Below are positions 39,416 to 49,660 of a DNA stretch of 64,000 nucleotides, one piece after another. Below the pieces are notes generated by a model. That model had not been told where the DNA came from and did not search any database. It was given only the letters and a program-made list of their open reading frames with translations. This stretch comes from Isoptericola halotolerans (lineage in GTDB: Bacteria; Actinomycetota; Actinomycetes; Actinomycetales; Cellulomonadaceae), in NCBI RefSeq assembly GCF_013149785.1, contig NZ_JABEZU010000001.1, forward strand, positions 868,001-932,000, written 5' to 3'. Numbering within the stretch: position 1 is the first letter of the stretch; the number at the start of each line of letters is the position of its first letter. The translations under genes were made by a program, and so were the position numbers.

Positions 39416-41038
39416 ATGGCAACCGCGCACGAGAGCGACGGCGCTCTGGGCGATCTCATCGATCCCGAGCTCCCCTCGTCCACCTACGTCCTCGAACCCG
39501 AGGTCGTGTCCCCGCTGGTCAAGAGGATCGTCACCTCCCACGACGCCGGCACCCACCGCAGCACCTCGCCGTTCACCGGCGCCCCGCTCGCCGCGGTCCC
39601 GCTCTCCGGGCCCGCCGACGTCGCGCGCGCCGTCGAGCGGGCACGCAACGCCCAGCACGACTGGGCGGCGACGTCGCTCGTCGAGCGCGGACGGGTGCTC
39701 GACCGGCTCGGGACGCTGGTGCTCGACCGCCAGTCGGAGATCCTCGACCTCATCCAGATGGAGTCCGGCAAGTCGCGGCGCAGCGCCTTCGAGGAGGTGG
39801 CCGACGTCGCGCAGACCTGCCGCCACTACGTCGTGCGCGGACCTCGCTACCTCGCCGACCGCCGGGTCCCGGGTGCGCTGTCCGTCCTGACCGGTGCCCG
39901 CGTGCACCGGCGCCCGGTCGGGGTGGTCGGGGTCATCGCCCCCTGGAACTACCCCCTGACGCTCGCCCTGTCGGAGGCGATCCCCGCGCTGCTGGCGGGC
40001 AACGCCGTCGTGCTCAAGCCGGATCCGCAGACCACCCTGTCCGCCCTGTGGGCCGCCGAGCTCCTCGCCGAGGCCGGTCTGCCGGACGACCTGCTCGTCG
40101 TCGTCGCGGGCGGGGGCGACGTCGGTGCCGCGCTCGTCGACCACGTGGACCACGTGGCGTTCACCGGGTCGACGGCCACCGGACGCAAGGTCGCGGCACG
40201 CGCGGGGGAGCGGCTGATCGGCGCCACGCTCGAGCTGGGCGGGAAGAACCCGCTGTACGTCGCCGCGGACGCCGACCTCGACGCGGCCGTCCCCGGTGTG
40301 GTGCGGGCCTGCTTCTCCAACGCCGGCCAGCTCTGCATGTCGATCGAGAGGCTCGTGCTGCACGAGCGCATCGCCGACGAGTTCCTGGAGCGGTTCGTCC
40401 CCGCGGTGCGGGAGCTCGCGCTCGGTGCCGGGCTCGACTACACCGCCGACATCGGGTCCCTGGTCTCCGCCGCGCAGCTCGACAAGGTCACCGCCCACGT
40501 CGACGACGCCCTCGCGAAGGGGGCGCGGGCGCTGGCCGGCGCGGTGCACCGGTCCGACGTCGGACCGTACTTCTACGCCCCGACGGTCCTCGACGACGTC
40601 CCCGACGACGCGGTCTGCCTGCGCGAGGAGACGTTCGGCCCGGTCGTGGCCGTCACCCGGGTGTCCAGCGACGACGAGGCCGTGCACGTCATGAACGACA
40701 CCGAGTACGGGCTCAACGCCTCGGTCTGGTCCCGCGACGTGGCCCGTGCGCGACGGATCGCGGCACGTGTCGAGGCCGGCACGGTGGTCATCAACGACGG
40801 CTACCTGCAGGCCTGGGGCTCGGCGGGTGCACCGATGGGCGGCATGAAGGCCTCCGGCCTGGGACGCCGGCACGGTCGCGAGGCGATCGACGCCGTGACC
40901 GAGGCGCAGAGCGTCGTGGCGCAGCGTGGGCTCAGCGCGGGGCTGTCGCTGGACACGCTCTACGCGCTCGGCGGCGACGTGCCGAGCCGGGCGCTGACGG
41001 GTGCGATGCACGTGATGCGGCGGCTGCGGCTGCCCTGA
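39416..41038 (+). CDS. Aldehyde dehydrogenase (succinate-semialdehyde dehydrogenase GabD2-like)
   Basis: PWNYPL, FTGSTATG, LELGGKN, NAGQLC, EETFGP. Confidence 0.9.
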   Translation: MATAHESDGALGDLIDPELPSSTYVLEPEVVSPLVKRIVTSHDAGTHRSTSPFTGAPLAAVPLSGPADVARAVERARNAQHDWAATSLVERGRVLDRLGTLVLDRQSEILDLIQMESGKSRRSAFEEVADVAQTCRHYVVRGPRYLADRRVPGALSVLTGARVHRRPVGVVGVIAPWNYPLTLALSEAIPALLAGNAVVLKPDPQTTLSALWAAELLAEAGLPDDLLVVVAGGGDVGAALVDHVDHVAFTGSTATGRKVAARAGERLIGATLELGGKNPLYVAADADLDAAVPGVVRACFSNAGQLCMSIERLVLHERIADEFLERFVPAVRELALGAGLDYTADIGSLVSAAQLDKVTAHVDDALAKGARALAGAVHRSDVGPYFYAPTVLDDVPDDAVCLREETFGPVVAVTRVSSDDEAVHVMNDTEYGLNASVWSRDVARARRIAARVEAGTVVINDGYLQAWGSAGAPMGGMKASGLGRRHGREAIDAVTEAQSVVAQRGLSAGLSLDTLYALGGDVPSRALTGAMHVMRRLRLP

Positions 41039-41057
41039 GCGCGGTGCAGGCCGGGGC

Positions 41058-41672
41058 TCAGAGCAGCTCGCGGGCGGCGGCCCGCCAGGAGGCGGGGATC
41101 TCCCGCACCCGCCACCAGGTCGCCTGCGCCGGCGTGAGGCTGAGCGACGAGACGCCGAGCCCGGTGGCGTCGACCCCCGCCCGGTCGCAGGAGAACAGCG
41201 CGCGGCGCAGGTGGTAGTCCTGCGTGACGACGACGGCGGAGGCTGCGCCGTAGACCTCGTGGGCCCGGCGGCAGGTGGCCGTCGTGTCGAAGCCCTCGCG
41301 ATCGAGCACGAGCGCGTCCGCGGGGACGCCGCGGTCCAGGATCCAGTCGCGCATCGCTCCGGGTTCGTCGTAGGGCGTGCCGTCCGCGCGGTCCTGCCCG
41401 TCACCCGAGAGGATCACCCGGGGCGCCGCGCCCGCAGACCACAGCTCGGCGGCAGCCTCCACCCGGCGCCGCAGGTAGGTCGACGGGGTGCCGTCGGGCC
41501 GCAGGCCCGCACCCAGGACCACGATCGCATCGACCCTCGTCGTGGCGGCATCCTCCACCGACGGTCGCACCCGGGAGTGCCCGGTCGCCTGTACCCAGGC
41601 GACCGGGACGACGAGGACGAGGGCGAGCGCGGCGGCGCCGGCACCGAGCAGGCGCCGCGAGGGTCGGGTCAC
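41058..41672 (-). CDS. SanA/YdcF (DUF218) family protein
   Basis: VVLGAG, ILSGD, YDEP, GFDT..TC, VTQDYHLRRA, VREIPA; N-terminal TM. Confidence 0.85.
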   Translation of the reverse strand: MTRPSRRLLGAGAAALALVLVVPVAWVQATGHSRVRPSVEDAATTRVDAIVVLGAGLRPDGTPSTYLRRRVEAAAELWSAGAAPRVILSGDGQDRADGTPYDEPGAMRDWILDRGVPADALVLDREGFDTTATCRRAHEVYGAASAVVVTQDYHLRRALFSCDRAGVDATGLGVSSLSLTPAQATWWRVREIPASWRAAARELL

Positions 41673-42889
41673 GACGTCGAACCATACTGGTCGGCGCGCA
41701 GCCCGGCGAGGCCGGCTCGGCGGTGCAGGATCGCCGTCCACCCCGCACCCACCAGAGCCACGGCGGCCGCGACGACGAAGGCCCCCGGGATGCCGGCCGC
41801 CCCGGCGACCAGGCCGAGCACGATCGGTCCGCCGCCGAGGCCGAGGTCGAGGGCGATCGACGCCGTCGCCGACGCCGCGCCACGCTCGGAGGGCGCGGCC
41901 GTCGCGAACACCGCGGCGAAGAAGGCCGGTGTGCTGAAGGTGATGCCGAGCGCCAGGACGACCGCGCCGAGGATGAGCCCGGCGGTCGTGGGTGTCGCGG
42001 CCATGACCACCAGGCCGGCTGCGATCAGGCACAGGGCCGCCGTGCCGAGCGCGAGCGGGGGGAACCGGTCGGGGACCCGCGCGAACGCGATCCGGCACAC
42101 CACGACGACCGCGCCGTAGGTGGCCAGCGGCACGCCGGTCGCGACCATCCGGAGATCTGCTGCGTGCAGCGCGGCGAACGCCAGGAACCCGCCCATGGCG
42201 ATGATCGAGGCCAGCAGGCCCAGGGTCGGGGCGACGGCCCCGCGGTGGATCAGTGGGGAGGGTTCCGCGTCCGCTGCTGCGGGGTCGCGCGTCTCGCCGA
42301 TGGTGAGGACGACTGCCGCGGCGACCAGGGCCAGGACGGCGGCGCCGTACCAGGCCCCGGTGAACCCCCCGACGGCGATGAGCAGGCCGCCGAGCAGCGG
42401 CCCGCCCGTGATGCCCAGGTAGAGGCCCAGCGAGTTGTAGCTGAGCGCCTCGCCCAGCCTCGTCGGGGGCGCGATGTCGACCAGGGCGGCGAACCCCGCG
42501 ACGAAGAAGGCGGCCTCGCCGACCCCGGCCAGGAGCCGGATGGCTACCACCAGGGCCAACGACTCGACGTGTGCCGTCGCGACCATGCCCACCGCGCACA
42601 GCAGTGCACCGCAGAGCAGGAGAGGACGCCTCCCGACCGTGTCGGCGAGGCGGCCGGCCGCGGGTCGCAGGATCAGGGCCGTGATCGCGAAGGCGCCGAA
42701 CGCGAGCCCTGCTCCGGCGGTGCCCGCCCCGACCGGTCCGGTGACGTACAGCGGCAGGGCCAGGACCGACACGCCGACAGCGGTGAAGTAGGCGAGGTCC
42801 GCGACGGCCAGTCCGACGAAGGCCGGTGTCAGCAGGCGTCGCCGGTCCGGTGGGGAGCCCGTCGAGGAGGGTGCGGCCGAGGTCGTCAT
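41669..42889 (-). CDS. MFS transporter
   Basis: GRLADTVGRR motif A, many hydrophobic helices. Confidence 0.9.
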   Translation of the reverse strand: MTTSAAPSSTGSPPDRRRLLTPAFVGLAVADLAYFTAVGVSVLALPLYVTGPVGAGTAGAGLAFGAFAITALILRPAAGRLADTVGRRPLLLCGALLCAVGMVATAHVESLALVVAIRLLAGVGEAAFFVAGFAALVDIAPPTRLGEALSYNSLGLYLGITGGPLLGGLLIAVGGFTGAWYGAAVLALVAAAVVLTIGETRDPAAADAEPSPLIHRGAVAPTLGLLASIIAMGGFLAFAALHAADLRMVATGVPLATYGAVVVVCRIAFARVPDRFPPLALGTAALCLIAAGLVVMAATPTTAGLILGAVVLALGITFSTPAFFAAVFATAAPSERGAASATASIALDLGLGGGPIVLGLVAGAAGIPGAFVVAAAVALVGAGWTAILHRRAGLAGLRADQYGSTS

Positions 42890-42936
42890 GCCGCCAGGCT
42901 CGTCGCCTGGTGGCCGGTGGGGATGGGTAGACCTAC

Positions 42937-44466
42937 CTATCTCCGGGTCAGCAGGCCGTGCTCCATCGCGTACAGCGCGGTGGCGGCGCGGGTGGACGCG
43001 CCGATCTTGACGTAGACGTCCTGCACGTGGTGCTCGGCGGTCCGCCGCGCGATGACGAGGGTGTCGGCGATCTGCTGGTTGGAGAGCCCGTCCGCGACCA
43101 GCCGGAGGACCTCGACCTGGCGGTCCGTGAGCCCGTCCGGGTGCCCCGGGCGGACGTGCGCCCGATGGCCGGCCGCCTCGAGGACGGCCTCGACGACCTC
43201 GCCGTCGAGCCGTCCTGCGCGGACGGAGTCCCGCAGGTGGTGCGCAGCCTCCCGGGTGGACGACCGGCCTCGGCCCGGACGGTCCTCGAGGAGCGTGCAG
43301 TAGGCGTCTGCCGCTGCGAGGACGCGGGATGGTACAGAGATCCGGTCACCGGTGAGCCCTCGGTGGTACCCGCTCCCGTCGTTGCGCTCGTGGTGCTGAC
43401 CGGCGAGGAGAGCCACGTCGGCCAGCTCGGGGACGCGGGCGAGCACGCGCTCGGAGTGGTACGGGTGGAGTCGCGTCTGGTCGCGCTCCGTGGCGGTCAG
43501 GGGCGATGCCTTCGACCAGTGCCGGCTCGGCGCGGCGACCCGGCCGATGTCGTGGAGGTGGCCGGCGATGCGCACCGTCCGCACGTCCGCACCGAGCCCG
43601 AGCCGTGCAGCGGCCTCGGCCCCGAGGCCCGCGACCGTGGTCGAGTGTCCCTGCAGGCAGGGGGCCTTCAGGTCGACGAGGTCGCCGAAGGTGCGCGCCA
43701 CCGCCTCCCGCTCGGAGAGGTCGACCCGCCGCACCGGGTCGGGTTCAGCGTCGAGGACCACGTCGAAGGGGTCGACGTCGGCGATGCCGTCGAGGAGGTC
43801 GTCGGCGTGCGTGAGGAACGCGCCGGCGACGGCAGGGTCCAGGGCGGTACCGGTCCGGCGCCGGACCTCCGTGAGCGCGGGCCGAGGGCCGGTGGACAGC
43901 AGGAACAGCACCGCGACGGAGGCGACGTGCATCACCCGGGTGGGCAGCGGTAGCTCGTCGCCGGAGAGCGGCGGGTACCCGCTGCCGTCCCACATGGCGG
44001 TGGTGGCGGCGAGGCACTCCTGGACGGGTGCTGCCAGCCCCAGCCGGCGGGACGCCTCGCGAGCCACCTCGCAGGTCGCGACGGGCGCCTCGGCGTCGAT
44101 CGACCGGACGTGGCGGGCCGTCGTCGCCAGCGCGCCGAGCCAGGACCGCCCGGTCGCGGCAGCCAGGCCCGGCACCCAGACGCGCAGGAGGTCGCGCGGA
44201 TCGCTCTCGTCCACGCGCTGGGCGAGCCGGGTGGCGGCGACGTCGTCGCCCAGCGCCTGGGACAGCTCGTGCGAGTACGCGGTGCAGCCGAGGTGCTGGA
44301 GCAGCGACGTGTAGAGGACCTCCCGCACCGTGGCCTCGTCACAGCCGATCGTCCGCGCCAGCCGGGTCGCGACCGTGCACCGGAGCAGGGACTCGTCGGT
44401 CGCCGATCCGGTGCCGAGGTCGGTGACCGCGGCGAGCCCTGCGAGCAGGCTGAGCAGACGGAACAC
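42937..44466 (-). CDS. HD-GYP domain protein with C-terminal LuxR HTH
   Basis: LHDIGR, HHERNDGSGYHRG, LTDRQVEVLRLVADGLSNQQIA..H..DVYVKIG; start approximate. Confidence 0.87.
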   Translation of the reverse strand: MFRLLSLLAGLAAVTDLGTGSATDESLLRCTVATRLARTIGCDEATVREVLYTSLLQHLGCTAYSHELSQALGDDVAATRLAQRVDESDPRDLLRVWVPGLAAATGRSWLGALATTARHVRSIDAEAPVATCEVAREASRRLGLAAPVQECLAATTAMWDGSGYPPLSGDELPLPTRVMHVASVAVLFLLSTGPRPALTEVRRRTGTALDPAVAGAFLTHADDLLDGIADVDPFDVVLDAEPDPVRRVDLSEREAVARTFGDLVDLKAPCLQGHSTTVAGLGAEAAARLGLGADVRTVRIAGHLHDIGRVAAPSRHWSKASPLTATERDQTRLHPYHSERVLARVPELADVALLAGQHHERNDGSGYHRGLTGDRISVPSRVLAAADAYCTLLEDRPGRGRSSTREAAHHLRDSVRAGRLDGEVVEAVLEAAGHRAHVRPGHPDGLTDRQVEVLRLVADGLSNQQIADTLVIARRTAEHHVQDVYVKIGASTRAATALYAMEHGLLTRR

Positions 44467-44528
44467 CTGTCCACAGTGGCACCGTCGTCGGCCGGACGCC
44501 ATCGTCACCGGGCGTCTCGCGGGGAGCG

Positions 44529-45482
44529 TCAGCGCCGGTCGTCCGGCGCGGCGAGCGCGACCAGCTCAGCACGCAGGTTCTGCTCGGCCGCGTCGCTCCA
44601 GCGGTGCCGCCCTGCCGACGTGCGGTACAGCCCAGGCCCCGTGTGCAGCGTGAGGAGCTGATCGAGCACCGCACCGCGTCCCGCTCGGAAGTCGCCGTCG
44701 GTGACGTGCCCGTACTCGGCGCGGACCTGTGCCACGTAGCGGTGGTAACGCCTCGGGTCGGCGCCGAGGATCGCGAGGTCGGCGTCGCTGACCAGGCATC
44801 CCGCGAGATCGCTCGGGTCGGGGTCGTGGCCGGCGGTGAGCAGCACGAGCCGTTCCACCTCCGCGAGGTCCGGGCGGGTGAGGCCTCCGAGCTCGACGAA
44901 GGGCTCCAGGAGGGCGCGGGTGAGCGCGGCGGAGCGTTCCTCGTCGTCCGGGGTGGCGCCGTCGTGCACCGCGTCGTGGAACCACAGCGCGACCGCGGCA
45001 CGCCGCTCCACCTCGTCGCGGCGGGTACCCAGGAGGGGCAGGGCGTCGAGGGTGTCCGCCAGGTGGAGCCGCCCGTGGTAGACGCGGTGGGGCTCGCGCC
45101 ACCGGTCGACGACCTCCTCTCCGACGGCGTGGACGGTGCTCGTCGGTGCGTGCCCGACGCTCCCGGCGTCGGGCCACAGCGCGCCCCACCGGTCCAGCAG
45201 CGCCGGGCGCTTCGCCCGTCGTCGTTCGTGGCCGGGCACCCGCAGGCCGGAGGCGGCGAGACGCCGGGCCAGGGTGCCGCCGTCGACGGGGGTCGCCCCG
45301 GCGGTGACCAGGTCGTCGTACCGGTCGGCGGGGACGTCGTAGTGGTCGAGGTCGAAGGCGCGGTCGGGGATGCCGGCGGCCCGGGCGAACGTCCGCAGCT
45401 CGTGCAGGGAGGAGTCGGAGACCAGGTGGGACCAGAGTCGGTCGTGCGCGGGCCAGGCGGGCGGGTCGACGAGGACGGTCAC
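44529..45482 (-). CDS. DUF4031 domain fused to HD-superfamily hydrolase
   Basis: N-term VDPP.WP.H...WSHLVSD, FDLDHYD; C-term EPHRVYH, WFHDAV, DADLAILG, VRAEY. Confidence 0.8.
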   Translation of the reverse strand: MTVLVDPPAWPAHDRLWSHLVSDSSLHELRTFARAAGIPDRAFDLDHYDVPADRYDDLVTAGATPVDGGTLARRLAASGLRVPGHERRRAKRPALLDRWGALWPDAGSVGHAPTSTVHAVGEEVVDRWREPHRVYHGRLHLADTLDALPLLGTRRDEVERRAAVALWFHDAVHDGATPDDEERSAALTRALLEPFVELGGLTRPDLAEVERLVLLTAGHDPDPSDLAGCLVSDADLAILGADPRRYHRYVAQVRAEYGHVTDGDFRAGRGAVLDQLLTLHTGPGLYRTSAGRHRWSDAAEQNLRAELVALAAPDDRR

Positions 45483-46189
45483 CGGTGCTCCCCGACCGGG
45501 CCGGCGGCGTCGAGGGCCGTGCGAACCTCGCCGACCAACGCCGACATCGCCGCCTCGGCAGCCGCGGCGTCACTGTCGGCGACGGCGCGGGCGACGGCCT
45601 CGTGCTGGTCGAGCGCCTCGGGGACGGGTGCGGCGGGCATGAGTCCCAGGTGGGTGCGACCGGTGAGCACCTCGGCGACCACGGCGGCCAACGCGCCGAA
45701 CATCTCGTTGCCGCTGGCTCGCAGCAGCAGCTCGTGCATCCGGATGTCGAGGGCGAGGAACTCGGTGAGGTCGCCGCGGGCGCCGAGCACGCGCATGCGG
45801 TCGGCGAGGTCGACGAGCTCGGCGCGCTGCTCGGCGCTCGCGTGCCGGGCGGCGCCGGCGGCGGCCAGCGGTTCGACGGCGTGGCGGAGCTCGGTGAGGG
45901 TGCGCAGCTGCTCGTCGCGGCCGGGTCCGGCCAGCCGCCAGCGGATGACGCGGGGGTCGAGGACGTTCCACTCGGCCATGGGCAGCACGACGAGGCCGAC
46001 GCGGCGGCGGGAGCGGACGAGGCCGAGTCCCTCCAGCATCCGCATGACCTCGCGGGCCACTGTGCGGGATACCTGGTGCTGTGTTCCGATCGACTCGAGG
46101 GTGAGGGGAGTACCGGGCACGATGTCGCCGCTGGTGATGGCCCTCCCGACGGCGTCGAGGACGGCGCTGTGCAGGGCGGGTGGCGGCAT
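45479..46189 (-). CDS. GntR/FadR family regulator
   Basis: VSRTVAREVMRMLEGLGLV, WNVLDP, FCD domain (ASGN, H..V..A). Confidence 0.9.
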   Translation of the reverse strand: MPPPALHSAVLDAVGRAITSGDIVPGTPLTLESIGTQHQVSRTVAREVMRMLEGLGLVRSRRRVGLVVLPMAEWNVLDPRVIRWRLAGPGRDEQLRTLTELRHAVEPLAAAGAARHASAEQRAELVDLADRMRVLGARGDLTEFLALDIRMHELLLRASGNEMFGALAAVVAEVLTGRTHLGLMPAAPVPEALDQHEAVARAVADSDAAAAEAAMSALVGEVRTALDAAGPVGEHR

Positions 46190-46222
46190 GGTGAGAGCCT
46201 AGCGGCGCACCGAGCTCCCGCA

Positions 46223-46260
46223 ATTGGTGTCACCAATGGCTTGCCAAAGGTGCTACCAAT
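46223..46260. promoter_or_regulatory. Candidate FadR/GntR operators between the regulator and gluconokinase
   Basis: Perfect attggtg-t-caccaat (46223-46237) and degenerate aaggtgctaccaat (46247-46260). Confidence 0.65.
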
Positions 46261-46306
46261 AGTGCATCCTCGACGGACTGACCCACCGACACGGAAGTCG
46301 AGACTC

Positions 46307-46860
46307 ATGGACACCGACGTCACACCCGCCGGCACGCCGGAGGTCGCCCATCTCGTCGTCATGGGGGTGGCCGGATCGGGCAAGACCACCGTCGCGACGC
46401 TGCTCGCCGACCGCCTCGGTGTCGAGTACGCCGAGGCCGACCAGTTCCACTCCGCGCAGAACATCGCCAAGATGACGGCCGGGACCGCGCTCACCGATGC
46501 TGACCGTGCCCCCTGGCTCGAGGCGATCCGGGACTGGCTGACCGCCGAGGCCGACGCCGGACGCCCCGGCGTCGTCACCTGCTCCGCCCTCAAGCGTTCC
46601 TACCGCGACGTGCTGCGCTCCGCCCGCGGGCTGGTGCGGTTCGTCCACCTGGACGGCAGCCCCGAGCTCCTCGCCGAGCGGATCACCGCGCGGTCCGGTC
46701 ACTTCATGCCGACCTCGCTGCTGCCCTCCCAGCTCGCCACCCTCGAACCACTGGACGACGACGAGGACGGGCTCACCGTCGACATCGCCGTCCCCCCCAC
46801 GGAGATCGTCGACGACGTCGTCGCGCGGTGCGCCATCACGACGTCGGCAGGGAGCCCCGC

Positions 46861-46864
<4 letters not shown>
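46307..46864 (+). CDS. gntK: Gluconokinase
   Basis: MGVAGSGKTT, LTDADRAPWL, CSALKRSYRD, HFMPTSLLPSQLATLE. Confidence 0.93.
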
Positions 46865-48255
<1,391 letters not shown>

Positions 48256-48274
48256 TTCTGGCGGCCCGTCCCCT

Positions 48275-48334
48275 GCCGAGCATGCGCTGAGGGACCGTCC
48301 GGTCGACCGGACGGTCCCTCAGCGCATGCTCGGC
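48275..48334. repeat. Family-1 palindrome, gene-free copy C (perfect 60 bp palindrome)
   Basis: gccgagcatgcgctgagggaccgtc-cggtcgaccg-gacggtccctcagcgcatgctcggc. Confidence 0.9.
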
Positions 48335-48393
48335 GGTGACCGTCAGCCGGCGGTGACCGTCAGCCGGCGGTGACCGTCAGCCGGCGGTGACCG
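48331..48393. repeat. 17 bp tandem repeat x3.7 spanning the ackA stop codon
   Basis: cggcggtgaccgtcagc at 48331, 48348, 48365, partial at 48382. Confidence 0.9.
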
Positions 48394-49660
48394 CCGCCGC
48401 CGGCCGCCGCCCGTCGACCGCCTCGACGCACTGGCGGGCGATCGCGAGCTCCTCCTGGGTCGGGACCACCATGACCAGGGTCGACGTCCAGTCGGGGGAG
48501 ATGATCCGCTCCCCGCCGCGCGCGGCGTTGCGGTCCGCGTCGACGGCGATCCCGAAGCCCTCGAGGCCCTCGCAGACGGCGGCCCGCACCGCAGGGTCGT
48601 TCTCGCCGACGCCCGCGGTGAAGGCGACGACGTCCACCCGGCCGAGCAGGGCCGCGTACGCGCCGACGTACTTCTTGAGCCGGTGGACGTAGACGTCGAA
48701 CGCGAGGGCCGCGCCGTCGTCGCCGGCGTCGATCAGCTGCCGCAGCTCCCGGAAGTCGTTGACCCCGGACAGCCCGAGCATGCCCGAGCGCTTGTTGAGC
48801 AGCGTGTCGAGCTCGTCGATGCTCATGCCCGCGTTGCGCGCCAGGTGGAAGACGACCGCCGGGTCGACGTCGCCGGAGCGGGTGCCCATGACCAGGCCCT
48901 CCAGCGGGGTCAGCCCCATCGAGGTGTCCACCGGCACCCCGCCGCGGACGGCCGACGCGGACGCACCGTTGCCGAGGTGCAGCACGATCGTGTGGAGGTC
49001 CTGCACGCGACGGCCCAGCACGCGCGCCACCTTGCCGGCGACGTACTGGTGGCTGGTGCCGTGGAACCCGTAGCGGCGCACGTCGTGCGCGGCGGCGACC
49101 TCCCGGTCGATCGCGTAGGTGTAGGCCGCCGCGGGCAGCTGCTGGAAGAACGCCGTGTCGAACACCGCCACGTGCGGCACGTCGGCCAGCAGCTCGCGAG
49201 CCACCCGGATGCCCTGCACGTTCGCCGGGTTGTGCAGGGGAGCGAGCGGCACCAGGGCCTCGATCCGGTCCACCACGCCGTCGTCGACCACCACCGGCCC
49301 GGAGAACTCCGCCCCGCCGTGCACCACCCGGTGCCCGACGGCGTAGATCCCGGCGTCCGCGAGCCGCGGGCCGATCTCGTCGAACATCCCCAGCGCGATC
49401 CGCAACGCCTCGCCGTGGTCCGGGACCTCGAGCTCGCGCCGGGTGCGGTTGCCGGCGAAGGTATGGCTGACGATGCCGCCCGAGGAGCCACCCGACTCGC
49501 CGATGCGCTCGATCGTCCCCGCGGCGATCGCCTCCCCGCCGACCGGGTTGACGAGCTGGTACTTCAGCGACGAAGAGCCCGAGTTCAGCACCAGCACCGA
49601 CCCGTGCGCCCCGTACGCGCTGTACGGGTTGGGCCGCTCGGCCTCGGGGAGGATGCTCAT
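48377..49660 (-). CDS. ackA: Acetate kinase
   Basis: LVLNSGSSSLKYQL, GHRVVHGG, PLAPLHN, YGFHGTSH, HLGNGAS, TSMGLTPLEG, PTQEE. Confidence 0.97.
   Translation of the reverse strand: MSILPEAERPNPYSAYGAHGSVLVLNSGSSSLKYQLVNPVGGEAIAAGTIERIGESGGSSGGIVSHTFAGNRTRRELEVPDHGEALRIALGMFDEIGPRLADAGIYAVGHRVVHGGAEFSGPVVVDDGVVDRIEALVPLAPLHNPANVQGIRVARELLADVPHVAVFDTAFFQQLPAAAYTYAIDREVAAAHDVRRYGFHGTSHQYVAGKVARVLGRRVQDLHTIVLHLGNGASASAVRGGVPVDTSMGLTPLEGLVMGTRSGDVDPAVVFHLARNAGMSIDELDTLLNKRSGMLGLSGVNDFRELRQLIDAGDDGAALAFDVYVHRLKKYVGAYAALLGRVDVVAFTAGVGENDPAVRAAVCEGLEGFGIAVDADRNAARGGERIISPDWTSTLVMVVPTQEELAIARQCVEAVDGRRPAAAVTAG

Noticed and set aside
44467..44475. DnaA-box-like CTGTCCACA near the HD-GYP gene start
   Set aside because: Single isolated match with no cluster or supporting context.
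48331..48393. Possible mini-CRISPR or iteron array
   Set aside because: 17 bp head-to-tail repeats with no spacers, overlapping a coding 3' end; no rep or cas gene nearby.
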